Below, piece after piece: positions 39,065-48,954 of a stretch of 64,000 nt of DNA (within the stretch, counting starts at the first letter, position 1; every line of letters starts with the position of its first letter). The stretch covers positions 139,867 to 203,866 of the forward strand of contig CALVCL010000002.1 in NCBI GenBank assembly GCA_944326085.1, written 5' to 3'. Under the pieces are notes generated by a model. The model ran no database searches. It was given only the letters and a program-made list of their open reading frames with translations, and had not been told where the DNA came from. Made by a program: the position numbers and the translations under genes. The stretch is from an uncultured Tidjanibacter sp. Its GTDB lineage: Bacteria; Bacteroidota; Bacteroidia; Bacteroidales; Rikenellaceae.

Positions 39065-39101
39065 ATGCGGTCTGCACGCAACACACTGCGACAGACCGCA
39101 T
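39065..39101 (+). terminator. Hairpin downstream of ileS
   Basis: atgcggtctg/cagaccgcat outer stem with an inner cgca/tgcg stem; weak U-tract. Confidence 0.5.
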
Positions 39102-39157
39102 TGTATTTCCGTAACGAAATACTGACATGTGTAACAACAATTTAAGGTGTCAACTAA

Positions 39158-39189
39158 TTTGCATATATCACACATAATAACTATCTTTA
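39158..39189 (+). promoter_or_regulatory. Sigma-A-like promoter of the dksA-like gene
   Basis: TTTG-N20-TATCTTTA. Confidence 0.5.
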
Positions 39190-39222
39190 AAATATTGATA
39201 TTGAAACTTAAAAATAACGGAT

Positions 39223-39618
39223 ATGGCAGAAGAAGTTGAAAAGACCAGATACTCGGACGAAGAACTCGCCGAATTCAAGGCGATAATACTCGACAAGCTC
39301 GAGAAGGCAAAAGCCGATTACGAATTGCTGCGTTCGTCGATAACCCATACCAGCAGTAACGACACGGAAGACACCTCACCCACGTTCAAGGTATTGGAGG
39401 AAGGTGCATCGACACTGTCGAAAGAGGAGTCTGGACGTCTTGCCCAGCGACAGCTCAAGTTCATCCAGCACCTCGAAGCGGCTCTGGTACGCATCGAGAA
39501 CAAGACATATGGCATCTGCCGCGAAACAGGCAAACTCATCCCAAAAGAAAGGTTGAGAATTGTACCCCATGCGACCCTCAGCATAGAGGCCAAAGAAAAC
39601 ATGAACAAAAACAAATAG
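39223..39618 (+). CDS. TraR/DksA-family transcription factor (Bacteroidota type)
   Basis: Coiled coil with acidic tip NDTED; ALVRIENKTYGICRETGKLIPKERLRIVPHATLS. Confidence 0.88.
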   Translation: MAEEVEKTRYSDEELAEFKAIILDKLEKAKADYELLRSSITHTSSNDTEDTSPTFKVLEEGASTLSKEESGRLAQRQLKFIQHLEAALVRIENKTYGICRETGKLIPKERLRIVPHATLSIEAKENMNKNK

Positions 39619-39653
39619 CGCCTAATCACGCTATACTCTTCTCTAATAAACTA

Positions 39654-39693
39654 ATAAGACAAACGGCAGGGATTACCCTGCCGTTTGTCTTAT
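39654..39693. terminator. Bidirectional terminator between dksA and copA
   Basis: Perfect 18-bp inverted repeat ataagacaaacggcaggg-atta-ccctgccgtttgtcttat. Confidence 0.8.
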
Positions 39694-39707
39694 ATGAATG
39701 TATCGTT

Positions 39708-41902
39708 CTATTTCTTCCATTTAAGACGCAGACTGTTGCTAACCACGCTTACACTGCTCAATGCCATGGCAGCACCGGCTATCATAGGATTTAACAGAAA
39801 ACCGTTCACCGGATAAAGTACCCCTGCTGCTACAGGCACGCTGATGATATTGTAGATAAAAGCCCAGAAAAGGTTCTGGCGTATAGTACGCACAGTCTGT
39901 ACGGATATGCGTATTGCCACCGGTATTTTCCGCAGGTCGGATGATACGATGGTCATATGTGCGGCATCCATTGCAATGTCACTGCCGCGCCCCATGGCTA
40001 TGCCAAGGTCTGCACCGGCCAATGCCGCACTGTCGTTTATTCCGTCGCCTACCATGGCCACGACATGCCCCTCGCTGCGCAGCGATGCCACAAAACGAGC
40101 CTTCTCATCTGGCATCGCCCCTGCACGGTAATGTACAATACCGGCACGCGCGGCTATCTCACGTGCAGTGGCTTCATTGTCACCGGTAAGCATGTAAACT
40201 TCTATACCACAGTCGCGAAGCTGACGAACGGCTTCAACCGAACCTTCCTTTATCTCGTCGGCGACAGCCAGCACACCCAGCACCTGTCGGCTGTCGGCAA
40301 ACCATATTACCGTCTTGGCCTGCGACGCCCATTCATCGGCCTTGGCTGCAAGGTCCGCCGCTACAGACACAGACGCCATCATCGAACGGTTGCCTGCCAT
40401 ATATCTCTCGCCACCTGCCGTACCGCACACTCCAGCACCGGTAATACTTCGGAAATCCGTCACCACTACGCCACTCTGCGCAAAATGCGCCACGACAGCC
40501 TCGGCCAGCGGATGTTCCGACATGGCTTCCAAGGCTGCCAACACGGGAGCGTATTTCCCGCAGTCTTCACACCACGCCTCGTTGGTCACCACCGGATGTC
40601 CCGCCGTAACGGTTCCCGTCTTGTCGAGCACTACCGTATCGACCTTACGCGCCACCTCAAGACTTTCGGCATCCTTAATTAATATGCCATGACCGGCAGC
40701 CTTGCCGATGCCGACAGTAATCGCCGTTGGAGTGGCAAGTCCCAACGCACATGGACAAGCAATAATCAATACCGTCACAAGGGCCAGAATACCGTGCGTC
40801 AGACCGCTCTCGGCATCCAAAACAAGCCACAGCACAAAAGCCAGCAGTGCAACAACCATGATTGTCGGCACGAATACAGCGGCCACTTTATCAACAAGTT
40901 TCTGTACGGGGGCCTTGCTCCCCTGCGCATCCTGCACCATACGGATGATGCGCGCCAACAGCGTGTCAGTACCGACTTTCGCAGTACGGAACGTAAGGCT
41001 GCCTTTCTGGTTGATTGTTCCGGCAAACACCTCCGTACCTTCTTCCTTGAGCACTGCCACTGGCTCGCCGGTCAACATACTCTCATCGACATACGAACTG
41101 CCAGATACAACAGTACCGTCAACCGGTATGCGGTCGCCAGGTTTGACAATCACCGTATCGCCAATCTTCACTTCGGCTATAGCCACCCTGCGCTGCATGC
41201 CGCGGTCATCGACAAGCATCACAGTGTGCGGCTGCAGTCCCATAAGTTTGCGTATTGCCGATGTTGTGCTGCCCTTCGCACGCTCCTCCAACAGCCGTCC
41301 CAGCAATATGAAGGCTATGATTACGCTGGAGGCCTCGAAATAGACATGAGGCTCTATTCCGCGAGAAAGCCATACTGACGGGAAAAGCATGTTGAAAAGA
41401 CTGAAAAGATATGCGATGCCCGTACTCGGCGCAACAAGCGTATCCATCGTCACGGAGCGGTGTCGGAGCTGTTTCCACGCATTAACAAAGAAGCCCCTCC
41501 CGCACCAGAACAATACCGGTGAGGCGAGGAGCCACATAATGTAGTTGGCGTATGGCATGTCCATGAAAAACATGCCTATCACGGCCACTGGAACCGAAAG
41601 GACTATTGCCCAAACGGTATGCCGTTTAAGGTCTGCTACTTTTTTTTTTGAATTTCGTCGAGAGTGTCGGCTGCGGCGGACTGGTCCTCTATCACGAGGT
41701 CATATCCGGCATTGCGCACCACATCGCGGAGTTTTTCAGGCGACATCACGGCAGGGTCATACTCCACCGACAATTCGGCCGATGCAAAATTGACAGCTGC
41801 CGATGCCACTCCGACAGCATTCTTCACTGTAGTCTCCACCCTGTTGGCACAGGCGGCACATCCCATCTGAAGAACCGGGAATACTTTCTTTATGGTTGAC
41901 AT
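39708..41902 (-). CDS. copA: Cu(I)-translocating P1B-1 ATPase, interrupted by a frameshift at an A10 run after the N-terminal HMA domain
   Basis: HMA GCAAC in ORF 41636-41902; TGEP, CPC, DKTGT, SEHP, GDGIND, YN and MALSS in ORF 39708-41588; adding one A joins them as ...EIQKKKVADLKRHTVWAIVLSVPVAVIGM..., about 731 aa. Confidence 0.9.
41609..41649 (-). other. Candidate -1 frameshift/slippage cassette (A10G, UAG, 3' hairpin)
   Basis: Minus strand CAA AAA AAA AAG TAG; 8 nt after the AAG lies CTTAAACGG-CATA-CCGTTTGGG (9-bp stem with two G-U pairs). Confidence 0.5.
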
Positions 41903-41973
41903 TGCGTTGATAATTTTAATTTACATGTATCAGATTTACGGATACAAATATCGTCCGCTCCCACAGAACGGAT

Positions 41974-42002
41974 GTTACACAATTCTCCGAAAGTTTTACA
42001 AT
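41974..42002 (-). promoter_or_regulatory. Candidate AraC-binding direct repeats upstream of copA
   Basis: GTTACACAAT and GTTTTACAAT (plus strand) 19 bp apart, upstream of a non-canonical -7 element (GATATTTG, 41945-52, minus strand). Confidence 0.3.
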
Positions 42003-42032
42003 ATTATCCTGCCAGAATGCGGACAGCGGAAA

Positions 42033-42602
42033 CTAAACCTCGTCGAGAGGACGCCGCCCCATGCTTCCCGAGCGTTTGAATTCGCTGGGCGACACTCCGG
42101 TTACCTTCTTGAACTGTGAGCTGAGATGAGCCACGCTCGAATAGTTCATCACCTCCGCGATTTCGCTCAACGACATTTCGTCATACTCAAGCAACTCCTT
42201 GACACGCTCTATTTTCTGTGCTATGAAATACTTCTCCAATGTCACACCCTCCGACTCGGAAAACAACGCACTTATATACCCATAATCATGATTAAGACGA
42301 CTGGCAATATAATCCGAAAGGTTTGTCCTAAGGTCACCGTTGTCTCTGTGGACAAGTTCTATCACAAGAGTCTTCACCTGTTCCACAAGACGCTCGCGGC
42401 GTCCATCTATCAGTTCGAAGCCCAATTCATGCAACCTCACGGCAAGACCGTCGCGTTCGCCAACCGACAGCGGACGCGACAACACGGCTGAACCGAGCGT
42501 CACCTCCAACGGTTCGAAACCCATCTCCTGCAACAGGCCGCGCACAACCATGACACATCTGTTGCAAACCATATTTTTGATATGTATTTCTGTTCCGTCC
42601 AT
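42033..42602 (-). CDS. AraC-family regulator with an N-terminal HMA-like CxxC sensor
   Basis: IHIKNMVCNRC N-terminus; C-terminal HTH (LSEIAEVMNYSSVAHLSSQFKKVTG); immediately upstream of copA. Confidence 0.88.
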   Translation of the reverse strand: MDGTEIHIKNMVCNRCVMVVRGLLQEMGFEPLEVTLGSAVLSRPLSVGERDGLAVRLHELGFELIDGRRERLVEQVKTLVIELVHRDNGDLRTNLSDYIASRLNHDYGYISALFSESEGVTLEKYFIAQKIERVKELLEYDEMSLSEIAEVMNYSSVAHLSSQFKKVTGVSPSEFKRSGSMGRRPLDEV

Positions 42603-42725
42603 ACCTGTTACCGGCACACGCACCACAATGCAAATATAAACATTCGTCCGGCAAATCACATATCCGAATATGGCGAACCGGCAAATTACCGCTATCTTTA
42701 CGTTTTAAACCGTCCTGCTAATTTT

Positions 42726-44060
42726 ATGGAACAGACAGAATATTCACGCAAGAAAATCTGGCGGATCACATATCCTGTACTGATAAGCCTCCTCACCGAG
42801 CACCTTATCGGCATGACCGATACCGCATTCATGGGACACGTGGGCGAAACCGAACTCGGTGCATCGGCCATAGCCGGAGTGTACTATCTGGTGTTGTATA
42901 TGATAGGCTTCGGCTTCAGCATAGGTGCTGAGATACTTATGGGGCGACGCAACGGCGAACGTCAATACCGCTCGATAGGCAACATATTTTTCCAAGGCAC
43001 GGCAATGGTGCTCATGATTGCCGCCGCCGTGACACTACTGTCATACACCGCATCGCCATACCTTCTGCGTCGCATCATAGCATCCGACAGCATCTACGAG
43101 GCTACCATGTCGTACATCGACCTACGAATATGGGGTATGTTCTTCTCACTGACGGCTTGCATGTTCCGCGCATTCTACATGGCCACGACACGCACTTCGA
43201 TACTTACCATCAACGGCATAATCATGGTTATTTCGAACGTGCTGCTCAATTACATATTCGTATTCGGCAAACTGGGTTTGCCCGCTATGGGTATAGCCGG
43301 AGCCGCTATCGGTTCGACGATATCTGAATTCATCTCTGCCGCGTTCTTCGTAATCTACACCCGCACCCGCACTGACTACCGACGATACGGGATGTTCCGC
43401 TTCACTCGCCTGTCTGGATACATACAGCGACAAATACTGTCACTGTCAGGCTGGACCACACTACAGTATTTCATCTCCACGGCAACATGGCTCTTTTTCT
43501 TTCTCGCCATCGAGCACCTCGGAGAACGCCAGCTGGCAATCTCGAACATCGTACGCAACGTGTCATCATTCTTCTACATGTTCGTATCGGCTTTCGCCTC
43601 AACATGCACTGCAATAGTCAGCAATCTCATGGGACGAGGCAAAACAAACGAAGTAATGCCCGTATGCTCCCGCATAATGAAAATGTGCGCACTGACAATA
43701 CTGCCACTCTTCATTATCGTCATGCTCATTCCGCATCTGGTGATGTATATCTTCACCGAAAGCACCGACCTTATAACTGCAGCGATACCATCCATGCGCG
43801 TCATGCTGCTGATTTATGCGGTCAACGTCCCCGCCTACGTATTTTTTCTCGCAGTATCAGGCACAGGCAATACACGTACGGCATTCTTCATCGAACTGGC
43901 TGCGACCATATTATATGTAATGTACATCAACATTACGGCCGTATGGCTGAAAACCGACATCGCAATATGCTGGATAAGCGATGCCGTCTATGCTATCGCA
44001 CTGCTTGTATTCTCAGTATGGTATCTAAACAAAGCCAACTGGCAGCACAACAGAATCTGA
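42726..44060 (+). CDS. MATE-family efflux transporter
   Basis: LIGMTDTAFMGHVG, about 12 TM helices with an internal duplication; start at ATG 42726. Confidence 0.92.
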   Translation: MEQTEYSRKKIWRITYPVLISLLTEHLIGMTDTAFMGHVGETELGASAIAGVYYLVLYMIGFGFSIGAEILMGRRNGERQYRSIGNIFFQGTAMVLMIAAAVTLLSYTASPYLLRRIIASDSIYEATMSYIDLRIWGMFFSLTACMFRAFYMATTRTSILTINGIIMVISNVLLNYIFVFGKLGLPAMGIAGAAIGSTISEFISAAFFVIYTRTRTDYRRYGMFRFTRLSGYIQRQILSLSGWTTLQYFISTATWLFFFLAIEHLGERQLAISNIVRNVSSFFYMFVSAFASTCTAIVSNLMGRGKTNEVMPVCSRIMKMCALTILPLFIIVMLIPHLVMYIFTESTDLITAAIPSMRVMLLIYAVNVPAYVFFLAVSGTGNTRTAFFIELAATILYVMYINITAVWLKTDIAICWISDAVYAIALLVFSVWYLNKANWQHNRI

Positions 44061-44073
44061 CCCATACAACGAA

Positions 44074-44112
44074 AACCGCCGCAGACCCGTTATCACGACA
44101 TCTGCGGCGGTT
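44074..44112. terminator. Hairpin between the convergent MATE and OsmC genes
   Basis: aaccgccgcaga/tctgcggcggtt followed by gttttct. Confidence 0.75.
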
Positions 44113-44137
44113 GTTTTCTGTTCCTATCCTAAACGGA

Positions 44138-44551
44138 CTATTTGATGCAGCCGTAGTGGTAATTAACCACTTGCTTCAAATCGGGATGCAGAGATTTCCC
44201 GACAGGGCATGTCTCTGCAGCTCTTTCAAGGATCTTCCTATCCTTCTCGCTATACTCGCAGGGAAAATAGAAGTCGAGCCTTATCTCGGCGATACGCCTC
44301 GGGTCTGCCGCCATTACTTTTTGTATTTCAATGCGCGTTCCCTTTAATTCTATCTCCAAACGACGTGCAGCGATAGCCATGAGCGTCATCATGCAGCTGC
44401 CGAGTGCCGCAGCCACCATGTCGGTAGGAGATATGTATTCACCTTTACCGTTATTGTCGGTAGGAGCGTCGGTAATCACCTTGTTACCGGACTGAACATG
44501 CGTAATCTCCGTACGGAGATCGCCAAGATAAATCGTTTCTATAGTAGCCAT
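44138..44551 (-). CDS. OsmC/Ohr-family protein
   Basis: TDAPTDNNGKG...SPTDMVAAALGSC ... AETCPV (two Cys). Confidence 0.9.
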   Translation of the reverse strand: MATIETIYLGDLRTEITHVQSGNKVITDAPTDNNGKGEYISPTDMVAAALGSCMMTLMAIAARRLEIELKGTRIEIQKVMAADPRRIAEIRLDFYFPCEYSEKDRKILERAAETCPVGKSLHPDLKQVVNYHYGCIK

Positions 44552-44708
44552 ATCACTGGTATGTGTTAAAAATTGAACAATTATATTTTTTTACAAATAT
44601 AGCATCAGTCTCTATAAATCCATCATAAACAAGATCTATCTTTTTCTATATAGACATAGACTGTACTTATAACAATACCGTCACGACATATACAAAATTG
44701 CTGCCGAA

Positions 44709-44740
44709 ATTGAAAAACTCAACACAAACACATATATTTG
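44709..44740 (+). promoter_or_regulatory. Sigma-A-like promoter of the S46 peptidase
   Basis: ATTG-N20-TATATTTG. Confidence 0.55.
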
Positions 44741-44808
44741 TGACCGTTTATGCACCACAAACTAAAACTACATACGTCTATTACCATTTACAAATACAAA
44801 CAAAACAA

Positions 44809-46932
44809 ATGAAAAAATTCCTTTTATCAGTACTTTGCGCACTGACATTCGGCCTGACGGCCTCCGCGGACGAGGGTATGTGGTTGCTGCCCTACCTCCA
44901 GAAGACCAACATCGCCGACATGAAGGCTGCCGGCCTCAAGCTCGATGCAATAGACATCTACAATCCCGACGGTCCGTCGCTCAAGGATGCCATCATCGTA
45001 TTCGGCGCAGGCTGCACCGGTGAAATCGTATCGCCGGAAGGCCTTATCTTCACCAACCACCACTGCGGTTACAGCAGCATCCAGCAGCTCAGCAGCACCG
45101 AAAACGACTACCTCAAGGACGGTTTCTGGGCAATGAGCCGCGAAGAGGAAATCCCCGTTCCGGGACTCACCGTACAGTTCGTACGCAGCATACAGGACGT
45201 TACTCCCGAGTTGACCAAGGGCCTCGAAAAGGCTGACTACGACAAATATGTAAAGACCGTAGCAAAGCGTATCGAGAAGCTCAAAAAGAGCATGGAGAAG
45301 AAGAACCCCGGCAAGAAAATCCTCATCAAGGACTTCTTCGGCGGTAACCAGTATCTTCTCTTCGTAATGGAGGTTTACACCGACGTTCGTTTCGTAGGTG
45401 CTCCCCCCAGCTCGATAGGTAAGTTCGGTGGTGACACTGACAACTGGATGTGGCCCCGTCACACCGGTGACTTCTCCATTTTCCGTGTATATGCAGCACC
45501 AGACGGCGTAACTCCGGCAGACTACTCGCCCGAGAACGTGCCCTATCAGGCTCCCGTATACCTCACCGTATCGGCAAAGGGTTACAAGGAAGGTGACTAC
45601 ACCATGATTATGGGCTTCCCAGGTTCGACCAACCGTTACATGACAACATATGAAATCGATGAAATGCTCGATGTAACCAACCCCAACCGCATACTTATCC
45701 GCGGCGAACGTCAGGACATCCTTTCCGAGGACATGGCTGCAAGCGACAAGGTACGCATCCAGTATTCCGACAAGTATGCCGTATCTTCCAACTACTGGAA
45801 GAATGCCATCGGTATGAGCAAGGCTGTACGCAAGCTCGGCGTACGCGACCAGCGCAGCGAGCAGGAAGCCGCCTTTACAAAATGGGCAGAAGCTGACCCT
45901 GCAAGGGCAGAATATCTGCGCGCACTTCCGCTCATAGCACAGTCGAAAGAGATTTCCGTACCGATTGCCAGCGACATACAGGTACTCGCCGAAGCTGTTC
46001 TCATGAGCATCGATGTGGCTACCATAGCCGTAACACTCAACGGCATGCTTCCCGAACTTTCCGAACTATCTGCCGATGAAGCCAAGGCAGCAATTGCAGC
46101 AGTATACAAAGACTACAACGAGGCTACAGACATAAAAGTCACCAAGCGCATGATAGAACTCCTCATGGAAATGGTTTCGCCGGCCAACATGCCCGAATTC
46201 ATTACCGCAGACGTTGAAGGCCGCTTCAACGGCAACGTAGAGGAGTACATCAAGTGGCTCTACGAGACCTCCGTATATGCAAACGAGGAGAAGTTCGAGA
46301 AGGCATTCGCAGCAGGCAACGTACCGGCCGATGACCCCGCACTCGCTATCTTCAACACTACCTACGCAAAATACAAGGCTCTCTACGCATCGAAGGCAGA
46401 GGCTGACCAGATGTTCAACGAAGGCCACAAGCTCTACATCAAGGGTCTCCTTGAAATGGATGCCGACGGCAAGCACTATCCGGACGCAAACTTCACCATC
46501 CGTCTCACCTACGGTAACGTGAAGCCCTACTCGCCCGCCGATGCAGTAAACTACAACTACTACACCACCACCGACGGTATCCTCGAGAAGGAGAACCCGG
46601 AAGACAGCGAATTCGTTGTTCCGGCCCGTCTCCACGACCTCTGCGTTGCTGAAGACTTCGGTCCGTACGCTGAGGACGGCGAAATGAGGGTTTGCTTCAT
46701 CTCGACCAACGACATCACCGGCGGTAACTCCGGCAGCCCTGTACTGAACGCAGAAGGCCAGCTCATCGGTCTTGCATTCGACGGCAACTGGGATGCCATG
46801 AGCGGTGACGTTCTCTTCGAAAAGAACATGCAGCGTTGCATAGACCTCGACGTACGCTACGTTCTCTTCATCATCGACAAGTTTGCCGGTGCCGGCCACC
46901 TTCTCGATGAAATGAACATCGTTTGGGAATAA
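44809..46932 (+). CDS. dpp7: S46 dipeptidyl peptidase, DPP7-type
   Basis: Signal peptide, DEGMWL, TNHHC, WPRHTGDF, TGGNSGSPV, AFDGNW (Gly at S1 as in DPP7, not Arg as in DPP11). Confidence 0.9.
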   Translation: MKKFLLSVLCALTFGLTASADEGMWLLPYLQKTNIADMKAAGLKLDAIDIYNPDGPSLKDAIIVFGAGCTGEIVSPEGLIFTNHHCGYSSIQQLSSTENDYLKDGFWAMSREEEIPVPGLTVQFVRSIQDVTPELTKGLEKADYDKYVKTVAKRIEKLKKSMEKKNPGKKILIKDFFGGNQYLLFVMEVYTDVRFVGAPPSSIGKFGGDTDNWMWPRHTGDFSIFRVYAAPDGVTPADYSPENVPYQAPVYLTVSAKGYKEGDYTMIMGFPGSTNRYMTTYEIDEMLDVTNPNRILIRGERQDILSEDMAASDKVRIQYSDKYAVSSNYWKNAIGMSKAVRKLGVRDQRSEQEAAFTKWAEADPARAEYLRALPLIAQSKEISVPIASDIQVLAEAVLMSIDVATIAVTLNGMLPELSELSADEAKAAIAAVYKDYNEATDIKVTKRMIELLMEMVSPANMPEFITADVEGRFNGNVEEYIKWLYETSVYANEEKFEKAFAAGNVPADDPALAIFNTTYAKYKALYASKAEADQMFNEGHKLYIKGLLEMDADGKHYPDANFTIRLTYGNVKPYSPADAVNYNYYTTTDGILEKENPEDSEFVVPARLHDLCVAEDFGPYAEDGEMRVCFISTNDITGGNSGSPVLNAEGQLIGLAFDGNWDAMSGDVLFEKNMQRCIDLDVRYVLFIIDKFAGAGHLLDEMNIVWE

Positions 46933-46966
46933 TCACAACGACATACCCCGCTCTGCGGGACATACG

Positions 46967-46995
46967 GAAAGGGACCTTCGGTGAAGGTCCCTTTC
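46967..46995 (+). terminator. Terminator after dpp7
   Basis: gaaagggaccttc-ggt-gaaggtccctttc. Confidence 0.75.
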
Positions 46996-47135
46996 TGCAT
47001 TTACGCCCCTGCAGGCCGCCACCGACATACGCCGCGCAGGGCTGTCGAAAAAATTCTGCCGCCACGGGCTTGCTCCCCGACAGTTTCCGACACAAAATAG
47101 CTAACTTAGCGAGCGGAAAAAGCAATCATCCGGAC

Positions 47136-48806
47136 ATGCTCGAAAAACTGTCGATAGAGAACTATGCTCTGATAGAGCACCTTGAACTGGAACTGTCGCC
47201 GTCGCTCAATATCATCACCGGCGAAACAGGTGCCGGCAAATCCATCCTGCTCGGCGCACTGGGACTGATACTCGGCAACCGCAGCGACACAGGCGTGCTG
47301 AAAGACACCTCGCGCAACTGTGTCACGGAAGGCACCTTCGACATAGAAGGCTACGGCCTCGAGCCATTCTTCGACGAACACGACATCGACTTCGAACGTC
47401 ACTCAGTCATCCGCCGCATCATCACTCCGGCAGGCAAAAGCCGCGCCTACATCAACGACATACCCGTACAGCTTGCCACCCTCAAGGAGTTGTCGTCACG
47501 TCTCATCGACGTGCACTCCCAGAACCAGAGCGCGCTGGTCGGCGATGAGGAGTTCCGCATAAGGGTAATCGACAGCCTTGCGGGCAACGCCTCCCTGCTC
47601 GGCGAATACGCCGCCGCATACCGCACGCTGCGAGACAGGGAGTCGGAACTGTCGCGTCTGCGCGCCGACATGGAACGCAACCGCCGCGACGAAGAGTATC
47701 TCCACTACCAGTGGCAGCAGCTGTCGTCACTCGGACTGCGCAAGGGCGAGGTACAGGAACTCGAAGCGGAACAGAAGGAGCTCGCCAATGCCGGTGCCAT
47801 AATGGAGGCGCTCGGCAAGGCCGACGGCCTTATGGATGCCGACGAGTCGGGAGTATTGCCGTGGCTGCGTTCGGCAGGCGAAAGTCTGCAGCACATCTCC
47901 TCCGTTCTCGACGGGGCCGGTGAACTTGCCGACCGCATGCAGTCTGCCTACATAGAACTGAAAGACATAGCGGCCGAAATATCCGAAATGGCAGGCCGCA
48001 TAGAGGATAACCCCACGCGTCTCGAAGCTGTCGACAACAGACTTGGGGCAATATACGCACTTATGCAGCGTCATGGAACGGAGGATGCTGACGCACTGCT
48101 CGACATAGAGGCCGACCTGCGCACAAGGCTCGAAGCCATAACATCAGCCGATGACGACATTGCCGCACTCGAGAAGGAAATCATCACACTGCGCGAGAAG
48201 GCCGAAGCCGTTGCCGCAAGGCTGACGGAAAGCCGTACCAAGGCGGCCGCCACCTTCGACAGTGAAGTATGCGGTGTATTGTCGCGTCTCGGCATGGCGG
48301 CAGCACGTTTCGTTACGGAAATCACCCCTGCGGGAACACTCACCCCGCTCGGCGCCGACTCGATAAAGTTCCTGTTCGATGCCAACCGCGACGGCAGGCT
48401 TCAACCCATCGAGCGTGTGGCATCCGGCGGTGAAACATCACGTGTGATGCTGGCACTCAAGGCGGCCGTTGCACGCAGCACAAAACTGCCGACCATAATT
48501 TTCGATGAAATAGACACCGGCGTATCGGGACGCATTGCCGATGCGATGGGTGAAATCATATCGGAGCTGTCGGGCTTCATGCAGGTCATCAACATCACCC
48601 ACCTGCCGCAGGTAGCCTCCAAGGGCGACACCCATTTCCTTGTCTACAAGGAGGGCAACGGCGACGGCGCATACACCACACGCATCCGACGTCTCGACCG
48701 CCAGCAGCGCATCGAGGAGATAGCCAAGATGCTCAGCGGCAGCCATGTAACCGATGCCGCCACAGCACAAGCATGCACCCTACTGGGTTATACCAACCGG
48801 CAGTAA
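47136..48806 (+). CDS. recN: DNA repair protein RecN
   Basis: ITGETGAGKS Walker A, ASGGETSRVMLALK, IIFDEIDTGVSG, ITHLPQVA; true start at 47136. Confidence 0.96.
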   Translation: MLEKLSIENYALIEHLELELSPSLNIITGETGAGKSILLGALGLILGNRSDTGVLKDTSRNCVTEGTFDIEGYGLEPFFDEHDIDFERHSVIRRIITPAGKSRAYINDIPVQLATLKELSSRLIDVHSQNQSALVGDEEFRIRVIDSLAGNASLLGEYAAAYRTLRDRESELSRLRADMERNRRDEEYLHYQWQQLSSLGLRKGEVQELEAEQKELANAGAIMEALGKADGLMDADESGVLPWLRSAGESLQHISSVLDGAGELADRMQSAYIELKDIAAEISEMAGRIEDNPTRLEAVDNRLGAIYALMQRHGTEDADALLDIEADLRTRLEAITSADDDIAALEKEIITLREKAEAVAARLTESRTKAAATFDSEVCGVLSRLGMAAARFVTEITPAGTLTPLGADSIKFLFDANRDGRLQPIERVASGGETSRVMLALKAAVARSTKLPTIIFDEIDTGVSGRIADAMGEIISELSGFMQVINITHLPQVASKGDTHFLVYKEGNGDGAYTTRIRRLDRQQRIEEIAKMLSGSHVTDAATAQACTLLGYTNRQ

Positions 48807-48954
48807 CCACATGACCGGCTTGTTTTATTGAACAAAAATGCGTATATTACACAAAAGTTAGACATCCGTACATTAACGACACCTATACGTCGCGACCTAA
48901 GCGGACACTATATATGGTAGAAAGTTTAAAAGTATAACATTCAAACCTTTCGTT

